A DNA stretch of 64,000 bases from Trichormus sp. ATA11-4-KO1. GTDB lineage: Bacteria > Cyanobacteriota > Cyanobacteriia > Cyanobacteriales > Nostocaceae. The notes beneath the pieces were generated by a model. It made no database searches. It had not been told where the DNA came from and was given only the letters and a program-made list of their open reading frames with translations. Positions 8,374 through 18,067 of the stretch are shown here, one piece after another. The position numbers and the translations under genes were made by a program. Numbering within the stretch: the first letter of the stretch is position 1; the number at the start of each line of letters is the position of its first letter. The stretch lies in assembly GCA_019358915.1 (NCBI GenBank), contig JAHHIM010000001.1:128001-192000 (forward strand). The letters are read 5' to 3'.

Positions 8374-8646
8374 ATGTTTTTAGTAATTTCCTACGATATA
8401 TCCGAAGACAAGCGCCGCACCAAAATTCACAAAATTCTCAAATCTTACGGACAGTGGATGCAGTATTCCGTATTTGAGTGCGACCTCACCCAGACTCAGT
8501 ATGCTAAACTGCGATCGCGCTTGTCTAAAGTCATCAAACCAGACCAAGACAGCATCCGGTTTTATTTCCTCTGCGCTTGCTGTCAGGGAAAAGTTGAGCG
8601 CATTGGTGGTGAAATGCCAATCAACACCACAGTATTTTTTGCCTGA
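8374..8646 (+). CDS. cas2: CRISPR-associated Cas2
   Basis: MFLVISYDIS...YGQWMQYSVFEC...DSIRFY. Confidence 0.95.
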   Translation: MFLVISYDISEDKRRTKIHKILKSYGQWMQYSVFECDLTQTQYAKLRSRLSKVIKPDQDSIRFYFLCACCQGKVERIGGEMPINTTVFFA

Positions 8647-8899
8647 GTTTAGCGTCAACCAGTAGGTGTTTTACAAAAAAGTTGAGATTTTGCATCTCAA
8701 AAGCTTATCCCATCTGGGTTTTAACCCTCTAATACCAATATTAAGATTGACGCTAACTAACTAAACCGTTGCTGTAAATGCCTTTGAGGTAATTTTCTCA
8801 AATGTCACTCTTGACAACCCAATGCCTGAAAAGTTATCTTAGGCTGTAATTGACGAAACTGTACCTTGAAAATCAAATATACCAATGCTTTCAGATGCG
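8647..8899 (+). promoter_or_regulatory. CRISPR leader
   Basis: Lies between cas2 and repeat 1. Inverted TAGCGTCAA/TTGACGCTA pair; TTGACA (8811-8816), 18-bp spacer, TATCTT (8835-8840). Confidence 0.75.
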
Positions 8900-9151
8900 G
8901 TTCCAATTACTAATAATCCCTATCAGGGATTGAAACCAGACTTTTTATCGGGTTTGGGGGTAGAACCTGTGTTCCAATTACTAATAATCCCTATCAGGGA
9001 TTGAAACTTCAGCAAAAAAGTTATTTTAAAAGCGCTAAGAGACAGTTCCAATTACTAATAATCCTTATCAGGGATTGAAACGATTTTGGACAATTCCCAT
9101 GTCTAGCAGTTTTTGTTCCAATTACTAATAATCCTTATCAGGGATTGAAAC
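8900..9151 (+). CRISPR. CRISPR array, 4 x 37-nt repeats, 3 spacers (34, 37, 33 nt)
   Basis: GTTCCAATTACTAATAATCC(C/T)TATCAGGGATTGAAAC at 8900, 8971, 9045 and 9115. Hairpin AATCCC/GGGATT; ATTGAAAC 3' end. Confidence 0.97.
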
Positions 9152-9359
9152 TGCTTTTAAACACGTAGAAAAGTCCTGAGAAGGTATCTAGGATAATCAC
9201 TCATACTTCTTCTCTTGCCCGCTTAAAAAGCTATTCTTAACTAGAAATCAAAGATTTTTGTCAGGGTAGGTTGAGGGATAATGCTTACTTACAGCTAATT
9301 TCGTTATCCCTACAACCACCACAATTGCTCTTTTTCTACACTAGGCTACTTAGTTTAAA

Positions 9360-9818
9360 TTAGTCCCAATCGGGGATCATTTCTGCTTCTTCTCCACCAA
9401 TACCAATGCCAGTATGATAGATTTCCGCATCAGTGATAATCATATGATCCATTGATGCACCATACACATTAGAGTCGTAAATTTGAGCGCGAGTCAGATT
9501 TGCACCGTTGAGATTAGCTTGCTTGAAGTTAACGTTGGAAAGCAAAGCCGAGGTTAAGTTAGCAGCTTTCAAGTTAGCGTTTGTTAGGTCTGCTCCTTCA
9601 AGATTGACTCCTTCGAGGTTGGCTCCAGAGAGATTTGCTCCTCGTAAGTCAGCACCAATTAAATGAGCACCTCTAAGGTTAACTCCTGATAAATCGCAAT
9701 CGATACATTCTCTAGTTAAAAGCAGTCTTTGTAAGTCTTGCGAATTCCCAGCGTTAACCGTGCTAGTAAAAAGTAGGGGAGTTGCTAAGGCTAGAACTGC
9801 GAATAGCTGGAGTTTCAT
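9360..9818 (-). CDS. secreted pentapeptide repeat protein
   Basis: Signal peptide MKLQLFAVLALA, CxxCDL, A(D/N)Lxx repeats. ATG 9818 follows a GGGG RBS. Confidence 0.9.
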   Translation of the reverse strand: MKLQLFAVLALATPLLFTSTVNAGNSQDLQRLLLTRECIDCDLSGVNLRGAHLIGADLRGANLSGANLEGVNLEGADLTNANLKAANLTSALLSNVNFKQANLNGANLTRAQIYDSNVYGASMDHMIITDAEIYHTGIGIGGEEAEMIPDWD

Positions 9819-10129
9819 ATTTTTATCCCCTTTTTCTGAGATTACATCCGTTCTTTTCCTCACTTTTTTATTATCTCACTAAATTGCTGAAAATTGTTGA
9901 TTTAACACGCAAATTCATTGTGATCTCTAACAGATGTGTTCGTGATGCCAAAAGTACTATTAATTATAGTTTTGGGCTATTACTGACGATAAATTTTGCG
10001 AAACAAACACAATTAAATTAGTGTTAAATATTTTTAAGTGATTGTGCCACTTGGCATAATTGCACATTAGATATTAATCAGTATTTTCCTACTACCAAAT
10101 GGCACTCCGTAAAAGTGATATTTAGTTAC

Positions 10130-10993
10130 CTAAATTACCAAGAATTCACGCATATACTGGTTGACTAAATCAGGCTTTTCTTGCTGTACCCAATGTCCGC
10201 AATGGGGAATATACTTAATTTGTAAGTTTCTGACATAGGTTGTAGTGTTGTAAGTGAGTTCCTTCCCCAGTGCAGTATCGTTTTCTCCCCAAATCATCAG
10301 TGTAGGCACAGTTAAAATTCCCCAATCTTTAGTGATAAAAGACTGTTGAAAAATGTTGCGATAATAGTTCAACATGGCGGGGATAGCACCACGTTTTGCA
10401 GCAGCATCTTTATAAGCATCAATATCTGCTGGAGTGAAAGCACTTTTATTAACTGCTGTGCCTTGAATAATCCTTTCAATTGCCTGATAATCTGAAAATT
10501 GTAAAAGTAATTCTGGTAGCAAAGGTAGCTGAAATAAGAAGATATACCAACTACGTAGCAACTGTTGGGAAGTGCGTAAGCCTTGGGCAAATTTGGCAGG
10601 GTGAGGTAAGTTGAGAATAATTAATCGTTCTAACATTTCCGGGTGAGTATAGGCAAAAGACCAAGCGATCGCACCACCCCAATCATGTCCAACTAAAATA
10701 CACTTGTCGTATCCTAAGCCTTTAATTACACCCTCAATATCTTTAACCAACTCATCCATGACATAAGCTGATTGCTCCTTGGGTTTATCACTATCGTTGT
10801 AGCCACGTAAATCCAGAGCGACGACTTGAAAATATTGGGCGAATTCTGGGATTTGATGCCGCCAAGAATACCAAAACTCAGGAAACCCATGTAACATCAG
10901 CATTAATGGCCCTACTCCTTGGGTGACGTAGTGCAGTTTTACCCCATTGGTATTGATATATTCGTGTTTCCAGGAATTCTGTATTACAGACAT
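10130..10993 (-). CDS. alpha/beta hydrolase (epoxide hydrolase-like)
   Basis: LHGFPE, GHDWGG and CGHWVQQE motifs. Confidence 0.9.
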   Translation of the reverse strand: MSVIQNSWKHEYINTNGVKLHYVTQGVGPLMLMLHGFPEFWYSWRHQIPEFAQYFQVVALDLRGYNDSDKPKEQSAYVMDELVKDIEGVIKGLGYDKCILVGHDWGGAIAWSFAYTHPEMLERLIILNLPHPAKFAQGLRTSQQLLRSWYIFLFQLPLLPELLLQFSDYQAIERIIQGTAVNKSAFTPADIDAYKDAAAKRGAIPAMLNYYRNIFQQSFITKDWGILTVPTLMIWGENDTALGKELTYNTTTYVRNLQIKYIPHCGHWVQQEKPDLVNQYMREFLVI

Positions 10994-11196
10994 ATGTTGT
11001 ATTTTTCCAGGTATGACGTGAGCATTGTAAAAATTATGTGTTGAATTTTTGGTCGCAACATCTGTTTAGCGACAGTTTTGTGTAGTCATTCTCTGTAGGT
11101 TGAATGATCGGTTAAGTCAGCAAACTGTCACATTAAGTAGTATGCTCAGCCAAAGGGGATTGACAAAAAGCCGTTAATTTGCAAAAGGAAAGAGGC

Positions 11197-11625
11197 GTGA
11201 AAACTCAATTACCGATAGAACATGTAATTAAAACTCTTCAAGAAGATTTGCCGACACTTTTTCAAAAAGATATTTCCTATGACATCTATACACAGGATAT
11301 CTACTTTCAAGACCCTGTGAATAGATTCAAATGGAAATTCAACTACCGCATTATATTTTGGACATTGCGATTTCACGCACGGCTATTTTTTACGCAAATT
11401 TATTTTGACTTGCATGAAATCTCTCAGCCAGCAGACGACACTATTTTAGCCAAGTGGACCGTTAGAGGAGTGTTGCGTGTTCCCTGGAAAGCGCGTCTGT
11501 TTTTCAATGGCTATTCGACTTACAAACTCAACCAAAATAATTTAATATACAAGCATATTGATACCTGGGATCGCCCACCAAGAGAGATTTTACAGCAATT
11601 TTGGCAAAAGAGTGAAGATAGTTAA
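11197..11625 (+). CDS. DUF2358 / SnoaL-like protein
   Basis: IYTQDIYFQDPVNRF...YKHIDTWD; GTG start after a purine-rich RBS. Confidence 0.75.
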   Translation: MKTQLPIEHVIKTLQEDLPTLFQKDISYDIYTQDIYFQDPVNRFKWKFNYRIIFWTLRFHARLFFTQIYFDLHEISQPADDTILAKWTVRGVLRVPWKARLFFNGYSTYKLNQNNLIYKHIDTWDRPPREILQQFWQKSEDS

Positions 11626-11689
11626 GTAATTGTTTAGCATTGCTTATTGGTGGGATGATTTGCCTCCCGCAGAGAGGCATAAAACATAA

Positions 11690-12121
11690 CTAATTATTTA
11701 TTGCTAAAATCAAGTCCATCGCATCTTGAATTAATATTTTCTGATTAACTATTTTACCTAATTCGTCTGTTGAATATTTTCCTTCAAAAACTTCTAATGC
11801 AGCCTTTCTTAGTGCTGATTCATAAGCATCTTGTAAGGTTTCTAACAACTCTGCTTCGGTTAAATAATTACCTTGAGATTTTAGTCGTTTATTAGTGCGT
11901 TGAATTTGCTTAACAGAATTTAAAATAGAAGTTTCCCAAGACCTAGTTGTACGGTTTTCTGCTGCTTGTTTAATTAAATGCAATAGCACAATAATTCCAT
12001 AACTAAAAATTTTATTTAATTTGTCAGATTTACTCATTTCCTCCAATTCTTCTACCAATTCCAGAGCATCTGAAATTTTACCCTCTTGTAACAATTCCTT
12101 TAACAGCAACAACTCTTCCAT
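11690..12121 (-). CDS. DUF29 family protein
   Basis: EELEEMSKSD...LLHLIK...RSWETSI pattern. Confidence 0.8.
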   Translation of the reverse strand: MEELLLLKELLQEGKISDALELVEELEEMSKSDKLNKIFSYGIIVLLHLIKQAAENRTTRSWETSILNSVKQIQRTNKRLKSQGNYLTEAELLETLQDAYESALRKAALEVFEGKYSTDELGKIVNQKILIQDAMDLILAINN

Positions 12122-12150
12122 CTTTTCCCTCTCTTCCTTCGCGCCTTTGC

Positions 12151-12195
12151 ACGCCAGTTGCTACAAGTCGGCGGAGCCGCCCAACGCACTGGCTC
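12151..12195 (+). repeat. 45-bp small dispersed structured element inserted in a CTTTGCG repeat
   Basis: Homologous to the reverse complement of 60198-60242. Confidence 0.75.
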
Positions 12196-12217
12196 GACTT
12201 TGCGTGAAATATAACCC

Positions 12218-15106
12218 CTATTTCCTCATAGCCGGGTACTGCTGCAACACCTGCTGCAAATATTGCCCAGTATAAGATTTGGAATTCTTTGCAACTTCCT
12301 CCGGTGTCCCTACAGCAATCACTTCTCCACCTTTATCGCCACCTTCTGGCCCTAAATCTATCACCCAGTCAGCGCAACGAATTACATCTAAGTTGTGTTC
12401 AATTACTAAAATTGAATTACCTTTATCTACTAATCTTTGCAACACATCCAACAACTTGTGGACATCATAAAATGATAACCCTGTTGTTGGTTCATCTATT
12501 AAATAAAGTGTCTTACCTGTAGCACGTCGAGATAGTTCCGTGGCTAATTTTACTCGTTGTGCTTCCCCACCAGATAAGGTTGTAGCCGATTGTCCTAGTT
12601 TGACATAACCTAAGCCGACATCATATAAAGTTTGCAAGCGGGTCACGGCTTTAGGAATATTTTGAAAAAATTCTAAACTCTCCTCAACTGTCATATTGAG
12701 AATATCAGAAATCGACTTATCTTTATATTTCACTTGCAAAGTTTCGCGGTTATATCTTGCACCTTTACAAACTTCGCATTGTACATAAACATCAGGGAGA
12801 AAGTTCATTTCAATAACATTCACACCTTGTCCGCTACAAGCTTCGCAACGTCCACCTTTAACATTGAAAGAAAATTGTCCGGGTTTGTATCCCCTGGCTT
12901 TGGCTTCTACTGTTTGAGCAAATACATCCCGAATAGCATCAAAAATGCCTGTGTAAGTTGCAGGATTAGAACGCGGTGTACGTCCAATGGGAGATTGGTC
13001 GATGACAATTGCTTTATCAACGGCATTTAATCCCTTAATTTCTTGTAAGTGTTTGGGTAAAGGAACTTTTTTGGTGAGATGATGTTGTAATGATGGATAA
13101 AGTAATTCGTTAATTAAAGTAGATTTACCAGAACCAGAAACACCAGTAACAGCGACAAGTTTACCTAAAGGTATTTCGACATCGATATTTCTTAAATTAT
13201 TACGATGGGCATTTTTAATTACTAAACTGCGTCCATTTCCTTCTCGCCGTTCCTGTGGAGTGGTAATTACTCGCCGTCCCGATAAATAAGCACCCGTCAA
13301 AGAATTTTCTGCTGCTAGTAAAGCTTGTAAATCTCCTTGGGCGACAATATTACCACCGTGAATTCCTGCACCAGGGCCAATATCGACAATGTGGTTGGCT
13401 GCACGGATGGTTTCTTCATCATGTTCAACTACGATTAAAGTATTACCTAAATCGCGCAATTTAGTTAAGGTTTTCAGTAAACGTCCATTGTCTCGTTGAT
13501 GTAAACCAATACTTGGTTCATCTAAAACGTAAAGCACCCCAGTTAAACCAGAACCAATCTGCGTTGCTAAACGAATACGTTGAGCTTCCCCACCGGAAAG
13601 GGTCATGGCTGGACGATCAAGGGTGAGATAATCTAAACCCACATCTAACAAAAATTGCAATCTAGCTTTGATTTCCCTCAGGACTAAATCGGCAATTTGC
13701 ATCTGCCGATCGCTTAACTGTAACTGATCAATTCTCTCTCGGCAATCCCGAATCGATACCCCAGTTAAATCTAAGATTCCATATTGTCCCAACCTTACCG
13801 CTAAAGCCTCCGGTTTTAAGCGTTTCCCCCCACAAACCTCACACGGCTGGTCAATCAAATATTGTTCTAATTTTTGCTTAATTAACTCCGAACCACCCTC
13901 ATATTGCCGTTGCAAAATGGGAATCGCACCCTTAAAATTTTGCTTTCTCTGGGCTGCTGTGGTTCCCTCTTCCTGCTCACCATACAACACAGTTTGCTGC
14001 TGTTCTACTGTTAGCTGGTTCCACTTAGCTTGCAACTCAAATCCATGAGACTGCCCCACACTATAAAGCAATTCCAGATAATAAGAATTATCTTTTTCTG
14101 ACCAAGGTGCGATCGCCGCGTAAACTGGTGCTTCGGGGTCAGGTACAATCAAATCTGGCGCAAATCTTTTTAATGTCCCAATTCCGTGACAGTTAGGACA
14201 AGCACCGTAAGGCGAGTTAAACGAGAACAAGCGCGGCGATAATTCTTCCATTACCGCCCCATGTACTGGACAAGCAAAGTTCTCGGAAAATACTAATTCT
14301 TCTTCTTTCTCTTCTCCACTATCAGATAATAAACTCACAAGTATGTTAGCAATACCACCAGATTGCTTTAGACACGTAGAGAGAGAATCGACCAAACGCT
14401 CTTGAATACCTGGCTTTTTCACCAAGCGATCAATAACAACTTCAATAGTATGGGTTAAATTTTTATCTAATTCAATTGAGTCTGACAGTTCGCGTACTTC
14501 CCCATCAACACGCACACGTACAAAACCTTGAGAAGCGAGACTGGATAACAGCTTGCGGTGAGTGCCTTTTTTACCCCGGACGACAGGTGCAAGAATTTGG
14601 AAGCGGGTGCGATCTGGTAAATCTATGATGCGATCGCACATCTCATCAATTGTCTGCGGTGCAATAGAGCGATCGCATATGGGACAATGAGGTTCACCAG
14701 CACGACCAAACAACAACCGCAAATAATCGTAAATTTCTGTTACCGTCCCCACAGTGGAACGGGGGTTATGGGAAGTTGACTTTTGGTCAATGGAAATCGC
14801 CGGACTTAAGCCTTCAATGGCTTCCACATCTGGTTTATCTAATTGTCCCAGAAATTGCCGGGCGTAGGCGCTAAGAGACTCTATGTAACGCCGTTGGCCT
14901 TCCGCAAAAATTGTATCAAACGCCAGAGAAGACTTTCCCGAACCAGAAACACCAGTAAAGACAATCAGGCGATCGCGTGGCAATTCCAAGTCAATATTTT
15001 TCAGATTATGTTGCCTAGCACCCCGAATCCGAATGGTATTCTGGCTGTTGTGGTTAGGGTAGGGAAGATGTCCATTTAAGGATGGGGCTAGCTTTTGATC
15101 TGACAT
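12218..15106 (-). CDS. uvrA: excinuclease ABC subunit A
   Basis: Two ABC ATPase modules (GVSGSGKS, LSGGEAQR) and zinc fingers; ATG 15106 preferred. Confidence 0.97.
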   Translation of the reverse strand: MSDQKLAPSLNGHLPYPNHNSQNTIRIRGARQHNLKNIDLELPRDRLIVFTGVSGSGKSSLAFDTIFAEGQRRYIESLSAYARQFLGQLDKPDVEAIEGLSPAISIDQKSTSHNPRSTVGTVTEIYDYLRLLFGRAGEPHCPICDRSIAPQTIDEMCDRIIDLPDRTRFQILAPVVRGKKGTHRKLLSSLASQGFVRVRVDGEVRELSDSIELDKNLTHTIEVVIDRLVKKPGIQERLVDSLSTCLKQSGGIANILVSLLSDSGEEKEEELVFSENFACPVHGAVMEELSPRLFSFNSPYGACPNCHGIGTLKRFAPDLIVPDPEAPVYAAIAPWSEKDNSYYLELLYSVGQSHGFELQAKWNQLTVEQQQTVLYGEQEEGTTAAQRKQNFKGAIPILQRQYEGGSELIKQKLEQYLIDQPCEVCGGKRLKPEALAVRLGQYGILDLTGVSIRDCRERIDQLQLSDRQMQIADLVLREIKARLQFLLDVGLDYLTLDRPAMTLSGGEAQRIRLATQIGSGLTGVLYVLDEPSIGLHQRDNGRLLKTLTKLRDLGNTLIVVEHDEETIRAANHIVDIGPGAGIHGGNIVAQGDLQALLAAENSLTGAYLSGRRVITTPQERREGNGRSLVIKNAHRNNLRNIDVEIPLGKLVAVTGVSGSGKSTLINELLYPSLQHHLTKKVPLPKHLQEIKGLNAVDKAIVIDQSPIGRTPRSNPATYTGIFDAIRDVFAQTVEAKARGYKPGQFSFNVKGGRCEACSGQGVNVIEMNFLPDVYVQCEVCKGARYNRETLQVKYKDKSISDILNMTVEESLEFFQNIPKAVTRLQTLYDVGLGYVKLGQSATTLSGGEAQRVKLATELSRRATGKTLYLIDEPTTGLSFYDVHKLLDVLQRLVDKGNSILVIEHNLDVIRCADWVIDLGPEGGDKGGEVIAVGTPEEVAKNSKSYTGQYLQQVLQQYPAMRK

Positions 15107-15176
15107 ATCGACTGGCTGATAGTGAGAGGCAGCTTGAAACAATCCTTAATGATACTATCTTTAGTGTGGTTATAGT

Positions 15177-15190
15177 AGAACAATCGTACT
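15177..15190 (-). promoter_or_regulatory. LexA (SOS) box upstream of uvrA
   Basis: Minus-strand AGTACGATTGTTCT matches the cyanobacterial consensus RGTACNNNDGTWCB. Confidence 0.7.
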
Positions 15191-15310
15191 GTTTTAGGTA
15201 GTGATTACTCCACTTTTATGCCGCAGGCATCCTCCCTTGCGTGCTAATTTAAAAGCATCAGAATAAAAAATTATCAAATTCAGGACTGAGATTTATTTCT
15301 CAGTCCTGAT

Positions 15311-15349
15311 AAAAAAGCGGGCTAACCGCTAATAATGTGGTTAACCCGT
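15311..15349 (-). terminator. intrinsic terminator after the DUF1257 gene
   Basis: Stem GCGGGCTAACC/GGTTAACCCGT followed by a T-tract on the minus strand. A second hairpin lies at about 15280-15309. Confidence 0.6.
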
Positions 15350-15377
15350 GCAGCTTTGGGAACGCGCAGAGAAATTA

Positions 15378-15728
15378 TTATTGCAATACCAACTTCACAT
15401 TGGCGTTTTGCAGACCGCGCTGTTTTACTTCAGACAAGGTTTTGTTAACGGCATATTTTTGGTTGATGGAGTTGATCAACTCGGTTTGGTTATGCTTTTT
15501 AGCAACGCCCCACAGGTCAGCGATGAGGTCAAAGGAACCATCGCTATTGCGAGACCAACCTAGATCATATTCGCCTTCCAAAACAGCTACGATGTCTGAG
15601 CGTACACGCTGACCGTTATAACCACGAACATCAGCTTCAGTCTTTACGCTGATACCAAGGTCGCGCAAAGAAGACTTAAGGATTTCAGCATCGGTGATTT
15701 TGGTACGCAGAGTGCTAAAATGAGACAT
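15378..15728 (-). CDS. DUF1257 (Ycf35-like) protein
   Basis: MSHFSTLRTKI...ADLW...QKYA; GAGG RBS before ATG 15728. Confidence 0.9.
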   Translation of the reverse strand: MSHFSTLRTKITDAEILKSSLRDLGISVKTEADVRGYNGQRVRSDIVAVLEGEYDLGWSRNSDGSFDLIADLWGVAKKHNQTELINSINQKYAVNKTLSEVKQRGLQNANVKLVLQ

Positions 15729-15871
15729 TTGGGTTTCCTCCAGTGAGAAGATTGAGAAAAAAGACAACGGTTTGTTTTTGGGGAAGCCGCGCTGATTAAG
15801 ATGCGGCTTTTTTTCGTAACTGCTAGCTTTTTGGGCTAGCCTTTGCCCCTGGAGTTAGCAGGGGAAAGCTT

Positions 15872-17383
15872 TTAAAACTCCATGCGCTGATATTCAGCAA
15901 CGGAGGCTGCGGCCGGTCGTGCGCGCTGTCTAGCCCAATCCCTTAGGGCTGTTACCTGTTCTTGCATGGTACGAGACAACGGCAGAGTCGCTTTCAGCGC
16001 AGCAATAATATCTAATTGGGTGAACTCGCGGTCTTGGGCAAAGGCTTCATACATTGCCGCCACCAGCGCCTGTTCAATTTCTGCCCCAGAGAAGCCGTCA
16101 GACATCTTGGCTAATTGCTCAAGATCGAAGCGGGATATGTCTTCACGACGCTTAGTGAGGTGGATTTTGTAAATATCCTGCCGTTCTTCGGCTGTGGGCA
16201 GATCCACAAAGAAAATTTCGTCGAAGCGTCCTTTCCTTAAAAACTCTCCAGGCAAGCGTTCCACTCGGTTAGCGGTTGCCATCACGAATACTGGAGATTT
16301 TTTATCCTGCATCCATGTGAGGAAAGAACCAAAGATTCTACTTGAAGTACCACCATCAGAATCTGATGAACCCGAGCTACCTGCAAAGGATTTATCTAAC
16401 TCGTCTATAAACAGAATCGCTGGAGAGATAGATTCTGCTGTTTTTAGGGCATTACGCAGATTGGCTTCACTTCGTCCCACCATTGAGCCGTCGTAAACTC
16501 GACCCATATCTAGGCGTAATAATGGTAAACCCCATAGTCGGGATGTAGTCTTGGCAATTAGTGACTTACCACAACCTGGAACCCCCAGAATCAGCATCCC
16601 TTTGGGTTGAGGTAAACCGTACTCTCTTGCTCTTTCTGTAAATGCATTGGAGCGCTGTTTGAGCCATCTTTTCAGTTCTTCTAAGCCACCTACAGCATCA
16701 ATGGTTGCATCTTCTTCGATGTATTCTAAGATACCATTGCGCCGAATTAGTTGCTTTTTCTCAGATAGAACTATATCTACTTCTTCTTCCGTTAAGCGAC
16801 CTGTAGTTACTTGCGCCTTACGGTACACCTTCTCAGATTCATCTTTAGTTAAACCCAAAGCTGCTCTCAGAAGTTTCTCTCGCGCCTCAGTTGTGAGCCG
16901 TCGTCCACGATTTTGCTCTAGATGGTGAGTCAACACTTTGTTCAACTCAGCCATATCCGGTAACTTAAAGTCGAGTACGACAACTTCTTTTTCTAGCTCA
17001 ATGGGAACCTGTTGCATTGGTGACATCAAAATGATGTTCTTTTGCATTCCCTTGAAACTAGCGATCGCATCACGTAACGACCTTGTTGTGGCAGGCGCAT
17101 CAATAAACGGATGTAAATCTTTAAGAATAAATATACCAGGTTCTCTTTGCCGGATAATCCACTCAATAGCCGCTTCTGGAGAAACAGTATTATGTTGGGT
17201 AACGTTCCGGGGTTGCCCATATTCCACGATGCCGTGAGTTACTGTCCAAACGTATATGCGGCGTTGGGGCTTTAACATTTGGGCGATTGTGGAAATTGCC
17301 TGCTCAGCCCGCTCTTCCTCGGAGGTCACAAGGTAGATTAGAGGGTATTGAGCTTGAATTAGGATATTGAGCTCTTCTTTCAT
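15872..17383 (-). CDS. Ycf46-like AAA+ ATPase
   Basis: Walker A GVPGCGKS, Walker B LFIDE, RKGRFDE. Confidence 0.9.
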   Translation of the reverse strand: MKEELNILIQAQYPLIYLVTSEEERAEQAISTIAQMLKPQRRIYVWTVTHGIVEYGQPRNVTQHNTVSPEAAIEWIIRQREPGIFILKDLHPFIDAPATTRSLRDAIASFKGMQKNIILMSPMQQVPIELEKEVVVLDFKLPDMAELNKVLTHHLEQNRGRRLTTEAREKLLRAALGLTKDESEKVYRKAQVTTGRLTEEEVDIVLSEKKQLIRRNGILEYIEEDATIDAVGGLEELKRWLKQRSNAFTERAREYGLPQPKGMLILGVPGCGKSLIAKTTSRLWGLPLLRLDMGRVYDGSMVGRSEANLRNALKTAESISPAILFIDELDKSFAGSSGSSDSDGGTSSRIFGSFLTWMQDKKSPVFVMATANRVERLPGEFLRKGRFDEIFFVDLPTAEERQDIYKIHLTKRREDISRFDLEQLAKMSDGFSGAEIEQALVAAMYEAFAQDREFTQLDIIAALKATLPLSRTMQEQVTALRDWARQRARPAAASVAEYQRMEF

Positions 17384-17473
17384 ACAATCGACCTACTTGA
17401 GACCTTATACAGTAAAGACATCGTTTGTTGGTAGTGACAACCGAATCATGAATTGTTCATTCATAATTCTTAC

Positions 17474-17821
17474 CTAGCAAGGAACCAACTCTTCTTCACC
17501 CTTGGGATGAGTTTCATCTTTATCTTTCTCGTCAATGGGTAGATGCTCTTGAGAGACGATTCCTGGTTGATTACCCATAGCAATCAAATCTCCATCACGC
17601 AAGACTAATGAACTCTCGCAGCTTGGACAGGAATAAACTCGGTGAGTTCGCCCATAAGCAGAAGCTTCAACTTCCTCAATTAATTCTGAGTTAGCTAGGT
17701 AGAAAACTAGGGCACGTTCGGCAAGTTCTGACATTGGTTCGGAATCAACAGCTGAACGAATCTTCAGTCTCTTGTGAAGTTCTGGCGACAAATACAAAGT
17801 AACCTTTTGCTTAGCTTGCAT
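17474..17821 (-). CDS. ribbon-helix-helix-like protein with CxxC, first gene of the conserved three-gene Ycf46 operon
   Basis: KQKVTLYLSPELHKRLKIRSA...MSELAERAL; CPSC. Confidence 0.7.
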   Translation of the reverse strand: MQAKQKVTLYLSPELHKRLKIRSAVDSEPMSELAERALVFYLANSELIEEVEASAYGRTHRVYSCPSCESSLVLRDGDLIAMGNQPGIVSQEHLPIDEKDKDETHPKGEEELVPC

Positions 17822-17857
17822 ATAACTCTTTGACGGCCTTACCCGGGTATGTCTATT

Positions 17858-17932
17858 ACGTTATCGGCTGCATTTACAGTTGTCAAGCCATTAAAACGTT
17901 TTGACGGCTTGTTTGTTACATTTATTTACATA
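17858..17932 (-). promoter_or_regulatory. promoter of the Ycf46-like operon with palindrome and HLR1 (RpaB) site
   Basis: Minus-strand TTGACA (17881-17886), 17 bp, TAACGT (17858-17863). GTTACATT-TA-TTTACATA (17915-17932) fits the HLR1 consensus. Confidence 0.6.
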
Positions 17933-18067
17933 ATGCAGATTGTTGTTGAGTGACCTAATTATCAACCTAAGTTATCTATAAAACATCTGCTCAATTGTAT
18001 TAAGTACTAGTAAAACATCTCCAAATTTCCCATAGAGATGCTCTGATATAGTACTTATAAAAAATAA

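Noticed and set aside
8665..8690. Self-targeting of the leader by spacer 2 (shared CAAAAAAGTT)
   Set aside because: Low-complexity 10-mer with mismatches at seed positions 3-5; likely chance.
9152..9220. Degenerate fifth CRISPR repeat
   Set aside because: Only ATAATC matches; no hairpin or ATTGAAAC end.
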